A DNA stretch of 64,000 nucleotides from an uncultured Lachnospiraceae bacterium (GCA_902799015.1 CADBZI010000001.1:54786-118785); one strand, 5' to 3'; positions 39,405-49,031 are shown, numbered from the stretch's first letter. The notes: generated by a model from the sequence alone, not told the origin. Translations and numbers: made by a program.

Positions 39405-39896
39405 TCAAAACAATGTGCACACCCACGCAATCACTGCGGCAGCCGGAATATATATGATGAAATGCAAAAGATGCGTCTTCCAGTTATATCCGAACAGATG
39501 CGGCCCCACGATATCCTTCACCTCCGGGTAATAGTGCGGAAAGAACCCAGAGTGGCATAAAAGCACCCAGTCGAAAAAGATGATATCGAATACCTCCATC
39601 CCATACAGCATCACAAGAAACCTGACGAAAAAACCCGTAAAACCGAAATGATTCATTATCCCATCCCATGCCCCGAGGAGAAATGCTCCCAGAAATGTAA
39701 GGAATGCGATCACGATAATCATCCATCCGATGACATGAGCGCCGGGAAACCGCTCTTTTCTTTGGGGAACCGCTTCTACGATCTCTTTCGGTGCCGAAGA
39801 GAAAAACTTCTTATCCTGGATGAACGCCACTCCGCCATACAGAAGGAGAAAGTACGCCGCCATCATCATAAGGGTTGTGATTGCTGTCATTATCAT
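39405..39896 (-). CDS. ~4-TM membrane protein, DxxxxD family paralogue
   Basis: APKEIVE and FDIIFFDW motifs. Confidence 0.75.
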   Translation of the reverse strand: MIMTAITTLMMMAAYFLLLYGGVAFIQDKKFFSSAPKEIVEAVPQRKERFPGAHVIGWMIIVIAFLTFLGAFLLGAWDGIMNHFGFTGFFVRFLVMLYGMEVFDIIFFDWVLLCHSGFFPHYYPEVKDIVGPHLFGYNWKTHLLHFIIYIPAAAVIAWVCTLF

Positions 39897-40744
39897 CCCT
39901 TCTGCTCCTTTTCCCGAACCCGGATCTTTACAATCCGCATTTTTACGTATCCGTCACATATCCGGATCAGCAGCTTGTGGGCTGCACTGACCTCCTGATA
40001 GAGATCCCTGTAACCGCGCATATAGCTTTTCGATGTCACTTCCTCAAAATCTGCACTCCAGGTTTTCAGTTCATCCGGATCTTCCAGGGAGAAAAGCGCG
40101 TCCACATCCGTTATCCCCGCCTCCTTCAGCCAGGTCTTTCTCATCATCTTCGCGCCGCGGCTGTTGCAGCTGTCAAACACAATGACAGATCCTGGAAAGC
40201 GCCGCGCAATCTTTTGAAGCAGTTCTTTCAGATCCTTAGTCTTGAAATAATAGAATACGCCTGCCGCAAAAAAGACTGCCCCTCCCTTTGCATCCACCTT
40301 TTCCATCCAAGAATCATCATTCAGGTCACAGTCAATATTGGCTTCCCTCTCACCGACGGGAAGTAGTTCATTCCGGATGGCGATGACATCCGGCATATCG
40401 ATGTTGAATCCCAGGCAGCTGCCGTTGTCACATTTCCGGAAGGTATCATCCAGTCCGCATCCAAGGTTCACCACGGCCGCTTTGGGATGATCCTTCAGAT
40501 AGTCCTTCACCTCTAAGGCAAGGTCATACTGCCTCTGAGCGACTTCAAGTGCCCCGAACAGGCCTGCCGTTGTTTCCATCTTTTTGCCGTTCCTGGCGAA
40601 ATCGTAATCCAGCATACCGCAGATCTGTTCCGCTTCCGGATCCTGGAACAGATGCGGAAAATGCTCCGAGCAGACTTTCCTCCCATAGAGCGGGATGATC
40701 AGCGTTTCCTGTACGGTATTCTTCTCAATATGAAACTTCTTCAT
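39893..40744 (-). CDS. LCM/TcmP-type SAM-dependent O-methyltransferase
   Basis: VQETLIIPLYGR, VNLGCGLD, IDMPDVI..R, AGVFYYF. Confidence 0.88.
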   Translation of the reverse strand: MKKFHIEKNTVQETLIIPLYGRKVCSEHFPHLFQDPEAEQICGMLDYDFARNGKKMETTAGLFGALEVAQRQYDLALEVKDYLKDHPKAAVVNLGCGLDDTFRKCDNGSCLGFNIDMPDVIAIRNELLPVGEREANIDCDLNDDSWMEKVDAKGGAVFFAAGVFYYFKTKDLKELLQKIARRFPGSVIVFDSCNSRGAKMMRKTWLKEAGITDVDALFSLEDPDELKTWSADFEEVTSKSYMRGYRDLYQEVSAAHKLLIRICDGYVKMRIVKIRVREKEQKG

Positions 40745-40787
40745 TCATGCCTTCCTTTTCGTGTTTTATCGGAAATGCTTCCTCGAA

Positions 40788-40803
40788 GTTAGACATTCCT
40801 GAC
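40788..40803. promoter_or_regulatory. Imperfect DtxR-type box
   Basis: GTTAG-acattc-CTGAC upstream of the methyltransferase/membrane protein run. Confidence 0.5.
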
Positions 40804-40892
40804 TCATGGTGCTTTTTATACCCCGCCGCCATGGCGGGGCTGATTCCTGTTTCGGAAAACCATGCATGACCTTCCATCCTGGATGACTGACT

Positions 40893-41154
40893 TTATTTCC
40901 GGCAACGGAAGCAGGCTATCCCTTCCACTGTAGATACTTTCACTTTTCGATATACCGATTCCAGCCGTTTCCTCAGGCTTTGTTCTGTTTCATACGGCGG
41001 AGTGAAATACCCTTTCGGTTCGTAGAGATTCCGGATGAACCAGTCCGTCCTTTTACATCCTCCCTGAATATAGAAGCAGCCGCAGAAGGTTCCGCCTTTT
41101 TTCAAAACCCTATATGTTTCCCTGTATCCATGCAAAAAAGCGATGTTTTTTCAT
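40893..41154 (-). pseudogene. Chimeric scar: short N-terminus MKKHRFFAW joined out of frame to a methyltransferase C-terminus
   Basis: YRETYRVLKKGGTFCGCFY is a methyltransferase C-terminal segment with no SAM motif upstream. Confidence 0.7.
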
Positions 41155-41630
41155 AATGATTCCTTCCTTTCTTCTAATAACCCTGTGAGACAGTCCATGC
41201 TCAGCAGGATGGTTGATGTATTGTGCAAAAGCGCGCTTGTCGCTGGCGGAAGGATTCCAAATGCGCCCAGCACGATCAACGCCCCGTTGAATCCCATGAC
41301 AAAACGGTAATTCCGGTTGATGCGGCGCATCAGGGCATCGCTTAGGCGCTTCAGCCACACAAGCTCATAGAGGTTCTCCGCCGCTATGGTGACATCCGCC
41401 ACTTCCCTTGCTATGACGGCCCCACTGCCGACGGCAACTCCCACGTCTGAAAGCGACAGCGCCGGCGTGTCATTGATCCCGTCCCCGATCATCATCACCG
41501 TCCTTCCGGCTTCATGCTCCGCATGGATATAGGCGGCCTTGTCTTCCGGCAATACCTCGGCCCTGAAATCATCAATCCCGAGTTCTCCGGCGATCACCTC
41601 CGCGATCTTCCGGTTGTCCCCCGTCAGCAT
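41151..41630 (-). pseudogene. C-terminal fragment of P1B heavy-metal ATPase
   Basis: MLTGDN, PEDK, MIGDGINDTPAL, final two TMs; DKTGT and N-terminal domains absent. Confidence 0.85.
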
Positions 41631-42405
41631 GCGGTCTTTGCTTCTTCAGGCTGTTGCAGACCTGATCCTTATGCGCGAAGACGAAATCCAGATCCTGTGA
41701 CCAGCCGGTATGTCCGGTAATCACCTTCGGGGACAGGCCGCGCTCCCTGAGTTTTTTCTCCAGCTCCACAAGGGACCGCTTCGCCAGGTCATTGTCCTCC
41801 GCCAGGGAATTGATAAAGCTGTAGCCGCCGTCCGCCCCAAACCAGATCGTATCGCCGGTAAACAGGTACGCGTCATCAATCAGGTAGACCATGTGCCCCC
41901 AGGTATGGCCGGGAACCAGTATCGCTTCTACCTTGATATCATCCAGGAAGAAAACATCCCCGTCCTTCAGCAGCACCTTCCGGTTGTCTGTCTTCACCAT
42001 CGGCAGCTTATATGCCCCGAATATGACCTTCCTGCGGACTTCCCCGGTCAGGTACCGGTTTTCCGTTTCACTCAGATAGATCGCCGCATCCTGAAACATG
42101 CCTGCTGAATCCCTCTCCACGGCACCCACATGGTCCGTGTCCTGGTGCGTGATCAGGATATGCCGGATCGTTCCGGGATCTATCCCCAGCCAGCCCATCT
42201 TTTCTTCCAGGCGGTCATAGTTATAGCCGGCGTCAATCATGATCGTCGTGCCGTTTTTCGTATAGAAAAAGATGTTCGCGATCCATTCCCGGACGCAGGA
42301 AGCATGTTCGTCAATATGCCCCGTGTTCAGTGGCTTGAAGATCTCCTTACCCCGGTATCCCAGCGACATGACCTTTTTCTGGAAGTTGGAATCTTTTTTT
42401 GACAT
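41572..42405 (-). CDS. MBL-fold metallo-hydrolase; C-terminus runs into the ATPase fragment
   Basis: THQDTDH, PGHTWGH, FTGD, TGH; junction near 41630. Confidence 0.8.
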   Translation of the reverse strand: MSKKDSNFQKKVMSLGYRGKEIFKPLNTGHIDEHASCVREWIANIFFYTKNGTTIMIDAGYNYDRLEEKMGWLGIDPGTIRHILITHQDTDHVGAVERDSAGMFQDAAIYLSETENRYLTGEVRRKVIFGAYKLPMVKTDNRKVLLKDGDVFFLDDIKVEAILVPGHTWGHMVYLIDDAYLFTGDTIWFGADGGYSFINSLAEDNDLAKRSLVELEKKLRERGLSPKVITGHTGWSQDLDFVFAHKDQVCNSLKKQRPHADGGQPEDRGGDRRRTRD

Positions 42406-42420
42406 CGTGTCAGTCCTTCC

Positions 42421-43035
42421 TTACTTCTTTGCAATTACCGTAATCCACGGCTTCGACGGATGATGGTCGGATCTGACTTCAGAGAAATCGGCCGCTATCA
42501 GTGCTTCTGTAATCGCTTCCACGGTATGGCACTTCATTCCGCTAATGATGCCCTCAAACTTCAGGCTTACCGCGTCCGTACCGTCGGACTCATTGCAGAT
42601 CATGAAATATCCGTCCTTTTTCAGTATCTTCGCAACCTGGCCGAAGCACTTTTCCAGACCCGGCCAGAAATAGATGGTCTCAAAAGCCGTGGCAAGGTCG
42701 TACTTTTCCTCCGGCAGCTTAAGATCCGATACATCCCCCTGCAAAACAGTGCAGCGCCCGACCTCAATCATGCTGCGGTTATATTCTGTTGCCTTCGCCA
42801 CGGACAAATCGGAATAATCTACTGCCGTCACATGCGCTTTGGGATATCTTTTCAAGAGTTCTCCTGCGTTCCGTCCGCCACCGCATCCAAGGTCAGCAGC
42901 CTCAGCCGGATCCATTTCCGGTAGGTGAGACAGCCCCCAGTCCGCCATCTTTGCATGGCCCGAATTCATTCCATTCAGCATCATCTTTCCAAGAAAGCCC
43001 TCCGGTTTTCTTGTCTGGCTTACAAAGTCTTTGTA
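42421..43035 (-). pseudogene. Class I SAM methyltransferase lacking its start
   Basis: YKDFVSQTRKPEG...DLGCGGG...AFETIYFW; 5' end abuts ABC permease sequence, no RBS seen. Confidence 0.7.
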
Positions 43036-43969
43036 TGTCGTCCATGTAACTGGCTGCCACCACAAAAGGCGTGATCAGCCCCAGCGACAGGATGATCAGC
43101 ATCAGGAAATCGGATGCGGTGACAGTCCCCGTCATGTAGAATGATATACCGAAAGGCAGAAGGGGAAGCAGTGTGGCCGGCATCAGTACAAGGGCCGCAT
43201 TCTGGTAGACATTGCATCGCCGCATCCATTCGATAAAGCAATCCGCACCTTCCTGCGCCGCTATGACAAATTTTTCATAGCTCGTTTTCGCCTTTCCGAA
43301 AGCCTTGATGACCTCGATGCCGCCGATGTATTCCACGGCGGTGTCATTCAGTGCCTTGGTCTTGACAACTGTGTTCTGGTAGCTTTCCCCGCTCCCCCTC
43401 ATCATCAGCATGAAGAACAACGCTCCGACCGGGACGGTAACCAGAGACAGAAGCGCCAGCCTCCAGTCGATCCGGAGCATGTACGCGAAGATCACAAACG
43501 GGATGATCAGGTTGGAAGTGAATTCCGGAATCAAATGCGCGAGCGTCGTCTCGATGGAATCCACCCGCTCCACGATGATGTTCTTATAGGTCCCCGAAGA
43601 CTCGTCGAGTACATCGCCCAGCGGCATTCTGGCCAGTTTCTTTGTGAGCTTTCTCCGGATATTAGCCAGTACTTCAAACGTCGCCTTATGCGACATGGTA
43701 GTAGATGCCGCATGAAACAGCCGGTCCAGTACAAAGAACAGTGCCATCCACAGGCACTGCATCAGGCAGTAATTCATGTCTGCCGTCTTCTCCAGCAGTC
43801 CCCTGACGATATTCGCCATGAAAACATAAGGGATAAAGCCGCAAAGGACGCTGCATACCGCAAGAAGCACACTGAAGACATAGCTGCTCTTTTTACTGCC
43901 TGCAAATTCCAAGATCCAGCCCAGAGTGCCCCGCTTTTTGGTTTTATTGTTCTGCTTTTGTTTGTCCAT
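43035..43969 (-). pseudogene. ABC transporter transmembrane domain only (YbtP/IrtA-like half transporter, NBD lost)
   Basis: SHKATFEVLANIR, SSG..KNIIVERVD..E..LAH.IPE, EYIGGIEVIKAF; ends at SYMDDI with no Walker motifs. Confidence 0.8.
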
Positions 43970-43992
43970 ATGGTTTCAACCTCCTCGCTATT

Positions 43993-44008
43993 GTTAGGTT
44001 CATCTAAC
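43993..44008. promoter_or_regulatory. DtxR-type box
   Basis: GTTAG-gttcat-CTAAC just upstream of the ABC gene RBS. Confidence 0.7.
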
Positions 44009-44053
44009 TCATAGTCGTAAAAAACGCCCTCTCTGGAATCACCCCGGAAGGCG

Positions 44054-44665
44054 TCAATACCCGAAGAACTCTTTCCAGCCTTTGGAGAAGAAACAGTCAA
44101 GCGTTTGTGCGTAATGCATGGCTTCTTCTCGTGTAAAGCCATGTTCCACTGTCTGAAACACAGCACTGACATTGACTGTGACCAGTAAATGAAGCTCCTC
44201 CTTTCTGAAGTCCCGGATCTTCATTCCCTGTTTTTTCAGCTGTTTCATGAATGATAATGTTGTCTCTTCCTCGATCACGGCCAGATCATGCAGAAAGGAC
44301 TCATACTTTGTTCCCTGCGACTTACAGATAGTAAGCTGAAAGGCTTCCAGATGATCATAGATATACCCGATCGCCAAAGATGCATCCTGGCCGTTTTCCC
44401 ACATGCTCAGGTCTCCAGTGTCTACAAGGCCCCTCTGCTCTTCCTCTTCCTGGCGGTATAGCGTAATCAGGCCCTGGCATGCAGGCTCTACAAGGGCGGA
44501 AAACATCTCTTCCTTGGATGCAAAATGCTTGTAAAGACCGGAAGCACTCATTCCTGCTGCGGAAGCGATCCTCCTCATGGAAGCATCCATAAAGCCATAC
44601 TTCAGAAATTCTTCCGTTGCAGCGGAAAGAATCTTTCCATGATGGTATTCCTTATCCCGTGTCAT
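44054..44665 (-). CDS. TetR/AcrR family regulator
   Basis: ILSAA..EF...GF..ASMRRIA..AG.S..GLYKHF.SKE. Confidence 0.92.
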   Translation of the reverse strand: MTRDKEYHHGKILSAATEEFLKYGFMDASMRRIASAAGMSASGLYKHFASKEEMFSALVEPACQGLITLYRQEEEEQRGLVDTGDLSMWENGQDASLAIGYIYDHLEAFQLTICKSQGTKYESFLHDLAVIEEETTLSFMKQLKKQGMKIRDFRKEELHLLVTVNVSAVFQTVEHGFTREEAMHYAQTLDCFFSKGWKEFFGY

Positions 44666-44728
44666 AAAGTCTCCCTGCTCACAATAAACAACCTTCCCAC
44701 TGGAATTCTGTCTTCCACATGATAGGCG

Positions 44729-44787
44729 AATAAGCGAACGCTGTTCTCTTATTTTCAAAGAGTACACCGTTCGCTTATTTTTGTCAA
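44729..44787 (-). promoter_or_regulatory. TetR promoter with paired inverted operator-like sites
   Basis: 22-bp inverted repeat (44729-44750 / 44758-44779, 20/22 match) overlapping TTGACA-17-TACTCT. Confidence 0.6.
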
Positions 44788-44858
44788 GCAGTTTTCAGAT
44801 GCTGTTTTTAATCCCTGTTTTCAACCAATCTGATCTGTTTCTCAGATGGATACGATCG

Positions 44859-45227
44859 TCAGCGATTCTCACTGATATACTTCTTGATTGCAGCAAAACT
44901 TTCCCTACTGATATCATGCTCGATCCGGCATGCATCCTCTAACGCGATCTTCTCATCTACCCCAAGACGGATGAGCCATTCCGAAAGAACCTGATGCCGC
45001 TCATAGATCATGGAAGCAATCTTCATGCCATCCTCTGTCAGGTGGATATACCCTTCAGGATCAATCGTAATAAGCCCACACGTATTCAGATTCTTCATCG
45101 CGACGCATATGCTGGACTTGCGGTATCCGGTATAATTCACTACATCTATGCTCCGGACAACCGGCTTTTGAGTGCTAAGGACAAGTATCGCTTCCAGATA
45201 GTTTTCTGCAGACTCTGAAATATTCAT
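44859..45227 (-). CDS. DtxR/MntR family metal-dependent regulator
   Basis: SAENYLEAI, VRSID, IYERH..L, A.EDACRIEH.IS. Confidence 0.92.
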   Translation of the reverse strand: MNISESAENYLEAILVLSTQKPVVRSIDVVNYTGYRKSSICVAMKNLNTCGLITIDPEGYIHLTEDGMKIASMIYERHQVLSEWLIRLGVDEKIALEDACRIEHDISRESFAAIKKYISENR

Positions 45228-45263
45228 AATAGAATCTTCCCCTTTCTCTGATCCTTTTTTGTA

Positions 45264-46043
45264 TTATCCCAATGCCACATCCAGTGCCATCATGACGCTG
45301 AAGCCGACCGCAAAAGATACGACACCTATGTTGGAATGCTCTCCAGCAGACATCTCCGGAATGAGTTCCTCCACAACAACGTAAAGCATCGCCCCGGCCG
45401 CAAAGGACAGAAGATATGGCATGGCAGGTACAACCAGTCCTGCGACGATCACAGTCAACGCACCGAAAACCGGTTCTACCGCGCCTGACATGACACCCAG
45501 CCAGAATGATTTTTGTTTACTCTTCCCCTCTGTATAGAGCGGCATGGAAATGATCGCCCCTTCAGGAAAGTTCTGAATGGCAATCCCGAGTGAAAGAGCC
45601 ATAGCCCCTCCAGCCGTAATGTCACCAGAACCGCTGACCATGCCTGCAAAAACAACTCCTACTGCCATTCCTTCGGGAATATTGTGAAGCGTGACGGCCA
45701 GAACCATCATGGCAGTTCTCGTCAGATGGTTTTTGGGTCCTTCCACCTGATTGATGTTCCTGTGCAGATGCGGGACGACATGATCAAGAAGGAGCAAAAA
45801 GAGTATTCCAAGCCAGAAGCCGATGAATGCCGGAAGAAAAGCAAGCTGATTCATACTCTCCGATTGATCGATTGCCGGATTGAGAAGGCTCCAGATGGAA
45901 GCCGCTGTCATCACGCCGGCAGCAAATCCTGTCAGGGCCCGCTGGACACCGGCCTTCAGTTCATTTTTCAGTAGAAATACACAGGATGATCCCGCGGCAG
46001 TTCCTGCAAATGGAATCATCAGCCCCAATAGTACTGTTTTCAT
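45264..46043 (-). CDS. ZIP (ZupT/GufA) family metal transporter
   Basis: GFAAGVM, LHNIPEGMAVG, IQNFPEG, FAAGAMLYVV. Confidence 0.92.
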   Translation of the reverse strand: MKTVLLGLMIPFAGTAAGSSCVFLLKNELKAGVQRALTGFAAGVMTAASIWSLLNPAIDQSESMNQLAFLPAFIGFWLGILFLLLLDHVVPHLHRNINQVEGPKNHLTRTAMMVLAVTLHNIPEGMAVGVVFAGMVSGSGDITAGGAMALSLGIAIQNFPEGAIISMPLYTEGKSKQKSFWLGVMSGAVEPVFGALTVIVAGLVVPAMPYLLSFAAGAMLYVVVEELIPEMSAGEHSNIGVVSFAVGFSVMMALDVALG

Positions 46044-46084
46044 TCTTTCCCTGCACAATCCTCAATTTCATAGGCAGTTATATT

Positions 46085-46168
46085 GTTAGTTTTAACTAAC
46101 TGACACATCAAAAAAAGAGCGTCCCTTCTTTCTGTCCTGAACCTTCCTGTTGGTTAGTTTGCGCTAAC
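46085..46168. promoter_or_regulatory. Two DtxR-type boxes upstream of ZIP-dtxR operon
   Basis: GTTAG-N6-CTAAC at 46085-46100 and 46153-46168. Confidence 0.7.
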
Positions 46169-46297
46169 TTTCGATACTAGTATATTCCATACTCTGCGGA
46201 AATCAAGACAAAAATGAAATCCGTGCAAAAGAAAACAAATGGCACAGTTTGTTGACATGGTGTCATAACGCTGTAATTGTAATGACTGTCATGTTCG

Positions 46298-46391
46298 TCA
46301 TCTCTTCAAAAAATCAAGCACCGCCTGATTAAACTCTTCCAGCTTCTTCATCGCTGATCTGCTGCTTGAATCGTCTCCTCGTTCGGAACAT
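46298..46391 (-). pseudogene. Scar joining a NimA/PNPOx-like N-terminus to an alpha/beta hydrolase-like C-terminus
   Basis: GGAG RBS + MFRTRRRFKQQISDEE; another frame gives EEFNQAVLDFLKR-stop. Confidence 0.55.
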
Positions 46392-46439
46392 GACACTTAC
46401 TCCCTCGAAAGATCACGGCCGTTTTCCGCTCCTGCCTTT

Positions 46440-47072
46440 TCAAACCTTCTTCTTATACCCACAGTCACAATACGGTCCGCCGGATGCCAGCGTATACTCC
46501 CTCACAAAACTGGAAACCCCGCCTGTCTCACTCATCGCATAATCAAAACGGCACATGGCAGGAACATATTCGTATAGTCTCAGCTTCTTCATCAGCGTAC
46601 AGATGCCGCAGTGTGTAAACCTTGCCTCATATCCGCTGCCGTCCTCATATGGCAGAAACTCCATATTCCATGAGTATGGATTCTTGTCTGCCGCTTTTAA
46701 TGCTGCAGTCTCTTCCATACTCTCGATATCATTATCCGTAAACTTGTTCTTTCCGCTCATCCTGCAGAACAGTTTCATTAAACCTGTCATCATGGATTCC
46801 CGGTAATAATCTGCTGCCTTCTCTACGGATGGCTTCCTGGGCATCTTCATTAAAAAGGCTGAGAACATCGCGCAGCTGACAATGTTCATTTTGAACCGGT
46901 CTTCCTTCTCAAACTCCGGAAGCCTGGAAATGATCTTTGCGTACCTGACCTTCGCTTTCGCTGTTATGTCTTTCGCTGTACTGGTATCATAGCCAAGCAC
47001 CTCCCTCAGGTGCTTGTTGAATGATCCCGAAAACAGTAGCCACATGCCTGCCGGCATTCCTGCATACTTCAT
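46440..47072 (-). CDS. ATC hydrolase-family protein
   Basis: FTHCGIC...MCRFD...REYTLASGGPYCD. Confidence 0.8.
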   Translation of the reverse strand: MKYAGMPAGMWLLFSGSFNKHLREVLGYDTSTAKDITAKAKVRYAKIISRLPEFEKEDRFKMNIVSCAMFSAFLMKMPRKPSVEKAADYYRESMMTGLMKLFCRMSGKNKFTDNDIESMEETAALKAADKNPYSWNMEFLPYEDGSGYEARFTHCGICTLMKKLRLYEYVPAMCRFDYAMSETGGVSSFVREYTLASGGPYCDCGYKKKV

Positions 47073-47097
47073 ATCTTTTCTTCTCCTGTTCGCACTC

Positions 47098-47796
47098 TCA
47101 TATGGTCTTCTTCCTGCTGATCAGAAATCCTCCTTCATCTGTTACTGTCGCATACTCAGCTGCGATCGGATTCTTATCCCCAACAACAAGATAATCGCAT
47201 ACATTGCTGTTGCCGCATGTGCCGCAGCGGATCAGCTTTCCATGGAGTTCTTCTATTCCAAAGAAATCGCAGTTGCATAAGAGCGGCAGGACATGAAGCA
47301 GATCATGCTTCTTCGCGAATTCCGCATTCGGACACTGTGTAAAATGATACCTCGCAGCATGATGCTCCCTGTCATAAGGTTCATTCACATTGAGAAACCC
47401 TGCCGGATATTTCACCGCATCCTTCCTGTCGCGCTCTCCCACCTTCTGGAAAATCTTATCTATCAGCCACATGTTTCCGTTCCGGTTTAGATCAAAGACC
47501 TTCCCAAGCTTTGTGAACGGCTCCATGAACAGGGTCTGTACAAACCCCTGCAGTTCCTTTATCGGCGGCTGATCGGGAAGTGCCGGATAAAGTGCAAAGA
47601 TCAGCAGTCCGCCATAGATGGCGTTTGCATGTCCGTTTTTCTTCCCCCCGTAATCGGACAGATCGAAGAGCCAGGAATTATATGTTTTCCTGGTCTTCCT
47701 CCATATCCTGACGGCTTCTTCTTTTCCGTAACGCTCCAGCAGCCATTTTATAGCCGGCTTACGGTATGGTAGCTCATTAATCTGTAAGTGATTCAT
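47098..47796 (-). CDS. ATC hydrolase-family protein
   Basis: FTQCPN...LCNCD...LIRCGTCG....CDY; start MNHLQ after GAAGGG. Confidence 0.75.
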   Translation of the reverse strand: MNHLQINELPYRKPAIKWLLERYGKEEAVRIWRKTRKTYNSWLFDLSDYGGKKNGHANAIYGGLLIFALYPALPDQPPIKELQGFVQTLFMEPFTKLGKVFDLNRNGNMWLIDKIFQKVGERDRKDAVKYPAGFLNVNEPYDREHHAARYHFTQCPNAEFAKKHDLLHVLPLLCNCDFFGIEELHGKLIRCGTCGNSNVCDYLVVGDKNPIAAEYATVTDEGGFLISRKKTI

Positions 47797-48078
47797 ATTC
47801 CCTTCTTTCTCTCGAATTCGCTTTCGTGTTCCAGCAAGATTGTCTTTATATTCAGGCACCGGCCCGGATCTCTTATTAAGTTCCTTCTCTACGGCGTTCA
47901 GCGTCTCGAAAAACCAGTGTTTGGCTACAGCCGGCCCCATCAACGGCAACCCGAATACATTCCATTCGAACATATCTTGAAAAACAATGTTGTTAATGCT
48001 ATCGTCTGCATATACCAACCGAAATCAAAAAAGCGTTTGCAAATACATCTATCAAAATGGTTTTGCTATGATTATGGT

Positions 48079-48256
48079 TACCAAGCGTTCCGTCGCGCTC
48101 TGCTATTATACTCAGAATAAGATTTCTCTTGGATACTGTGAACAGATTGCAGAGATGACCAAGGAATCCTTTATCCGCTATCTTGGAGAGAACGGAATCT
48201 CAATTTTCCAGTTTGATGATGAACAGGAATTCATGGAGGAGATGAAGAATGCTTAG
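48079..48256 (+). pseudogene. UPF0175-family (antitoxin-like) C-terminal fragment
   Basis: AL.YY....ISLGYC.QIA.MT.E.FIRYLGENGISIF; 5' boundary approximate. Confidence 0.6.
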
Positions 48257-48755
48257 ACCTTCACAGGTGCAATTCTACGCAAAGAAAGCGGAAAACAAGA
48301 ATTATCGGTTTCGTTCATGGCTGAAAATGCATGCGGATCCGGATGACCTGGATGCGCAGTTTCTCCGGCTTCACAAAGAACTGTTTTCCGGGTATGACTG
48401 CAGCAGATGCAGGAACTGCTGCAAGCACTATTGCGGAACCATCCCTGCAGAAGATGTGGAAAGAGATGCCGAACACCTGCATATGTCCGCTGATGCGTTT
48501 GTCGAGAAGTATCTCGATTCCCCGGCTGACCAGGAAACCGGCAGCTATAATACGAAGCACAAGCCCTGTGATTTCCTGGATGATCAGGAGAATTGTATTC
48601 TTGGGGACTGTGTTCCGCAAAACTGCCTGGACTATCCCTATACAGACAAGCCGGACAGAATGGAAAGTCTGCTTTCTTTTCTGGAGACGGTTGCTGTATG
48701 CCCGGTTGCTTATGAGATCTGTGAAAGATTGAAAGGCCATTATGGTTTTCAATGA
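48249..48755 (+). CDS. YkgJ family cysteine-cluster protein
   Basis: CSRCRNCC, PCDFL....C......P..C..YP. Confidence 0.8.
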   Translation: MLRPSQVQFYAKKAENKNYRFRSWLKMHADPDDLDAQFLRLHKELFSGYDCSRCRNCCKHYCGTIPAEDVERDAEHLHMSADAFVEKYLDSPADQETGSYNTKHKPCDFLDDQENCILGDCVPQNCLDYPYTDKPDRMESLLSFLETVAVCPVAYEICERLKGHYGFQ

Positions 48756-48809
48756 CCTTTCATCTTCCACAAAGATATGTGTTCGAACTCATAAGCTATA
48801 CGGTATATC

Positions 48810-49031
48810 TTATGTCCTTTGATTACGCAACGCCTTTATTGTCTGCATGTCCGAATTCAAAATAAACTGGTTCTTTTCTTCATCAGAAAGACGAGATGGC
48901 TCCACTCCTTTCTGTTTGGCATACTTCACCAATGCAGAATAATCAATCCTTACTCGATGAAGCTCCTTTGGAACAACTACAGGCCGGGTATTCTTTAAGG
49001 ACTCTCTATATTTCCTCATCCGTCCATTCAT
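48810..49031 (-). CDS. Small basic protein, candidate antitoxin
   Basis: 73 aa, GAGGAG RBS, start overlaps the 3' end of the GNAT-like gene. Confidence 0.6.
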   Translation of the reverse strand: MNGRMRKYRESLKNTRPVVVPKELHRVRIDYSALVKYAKQKGVEPSRLSDEEKNQFILNSDMQTIKALRNQRT

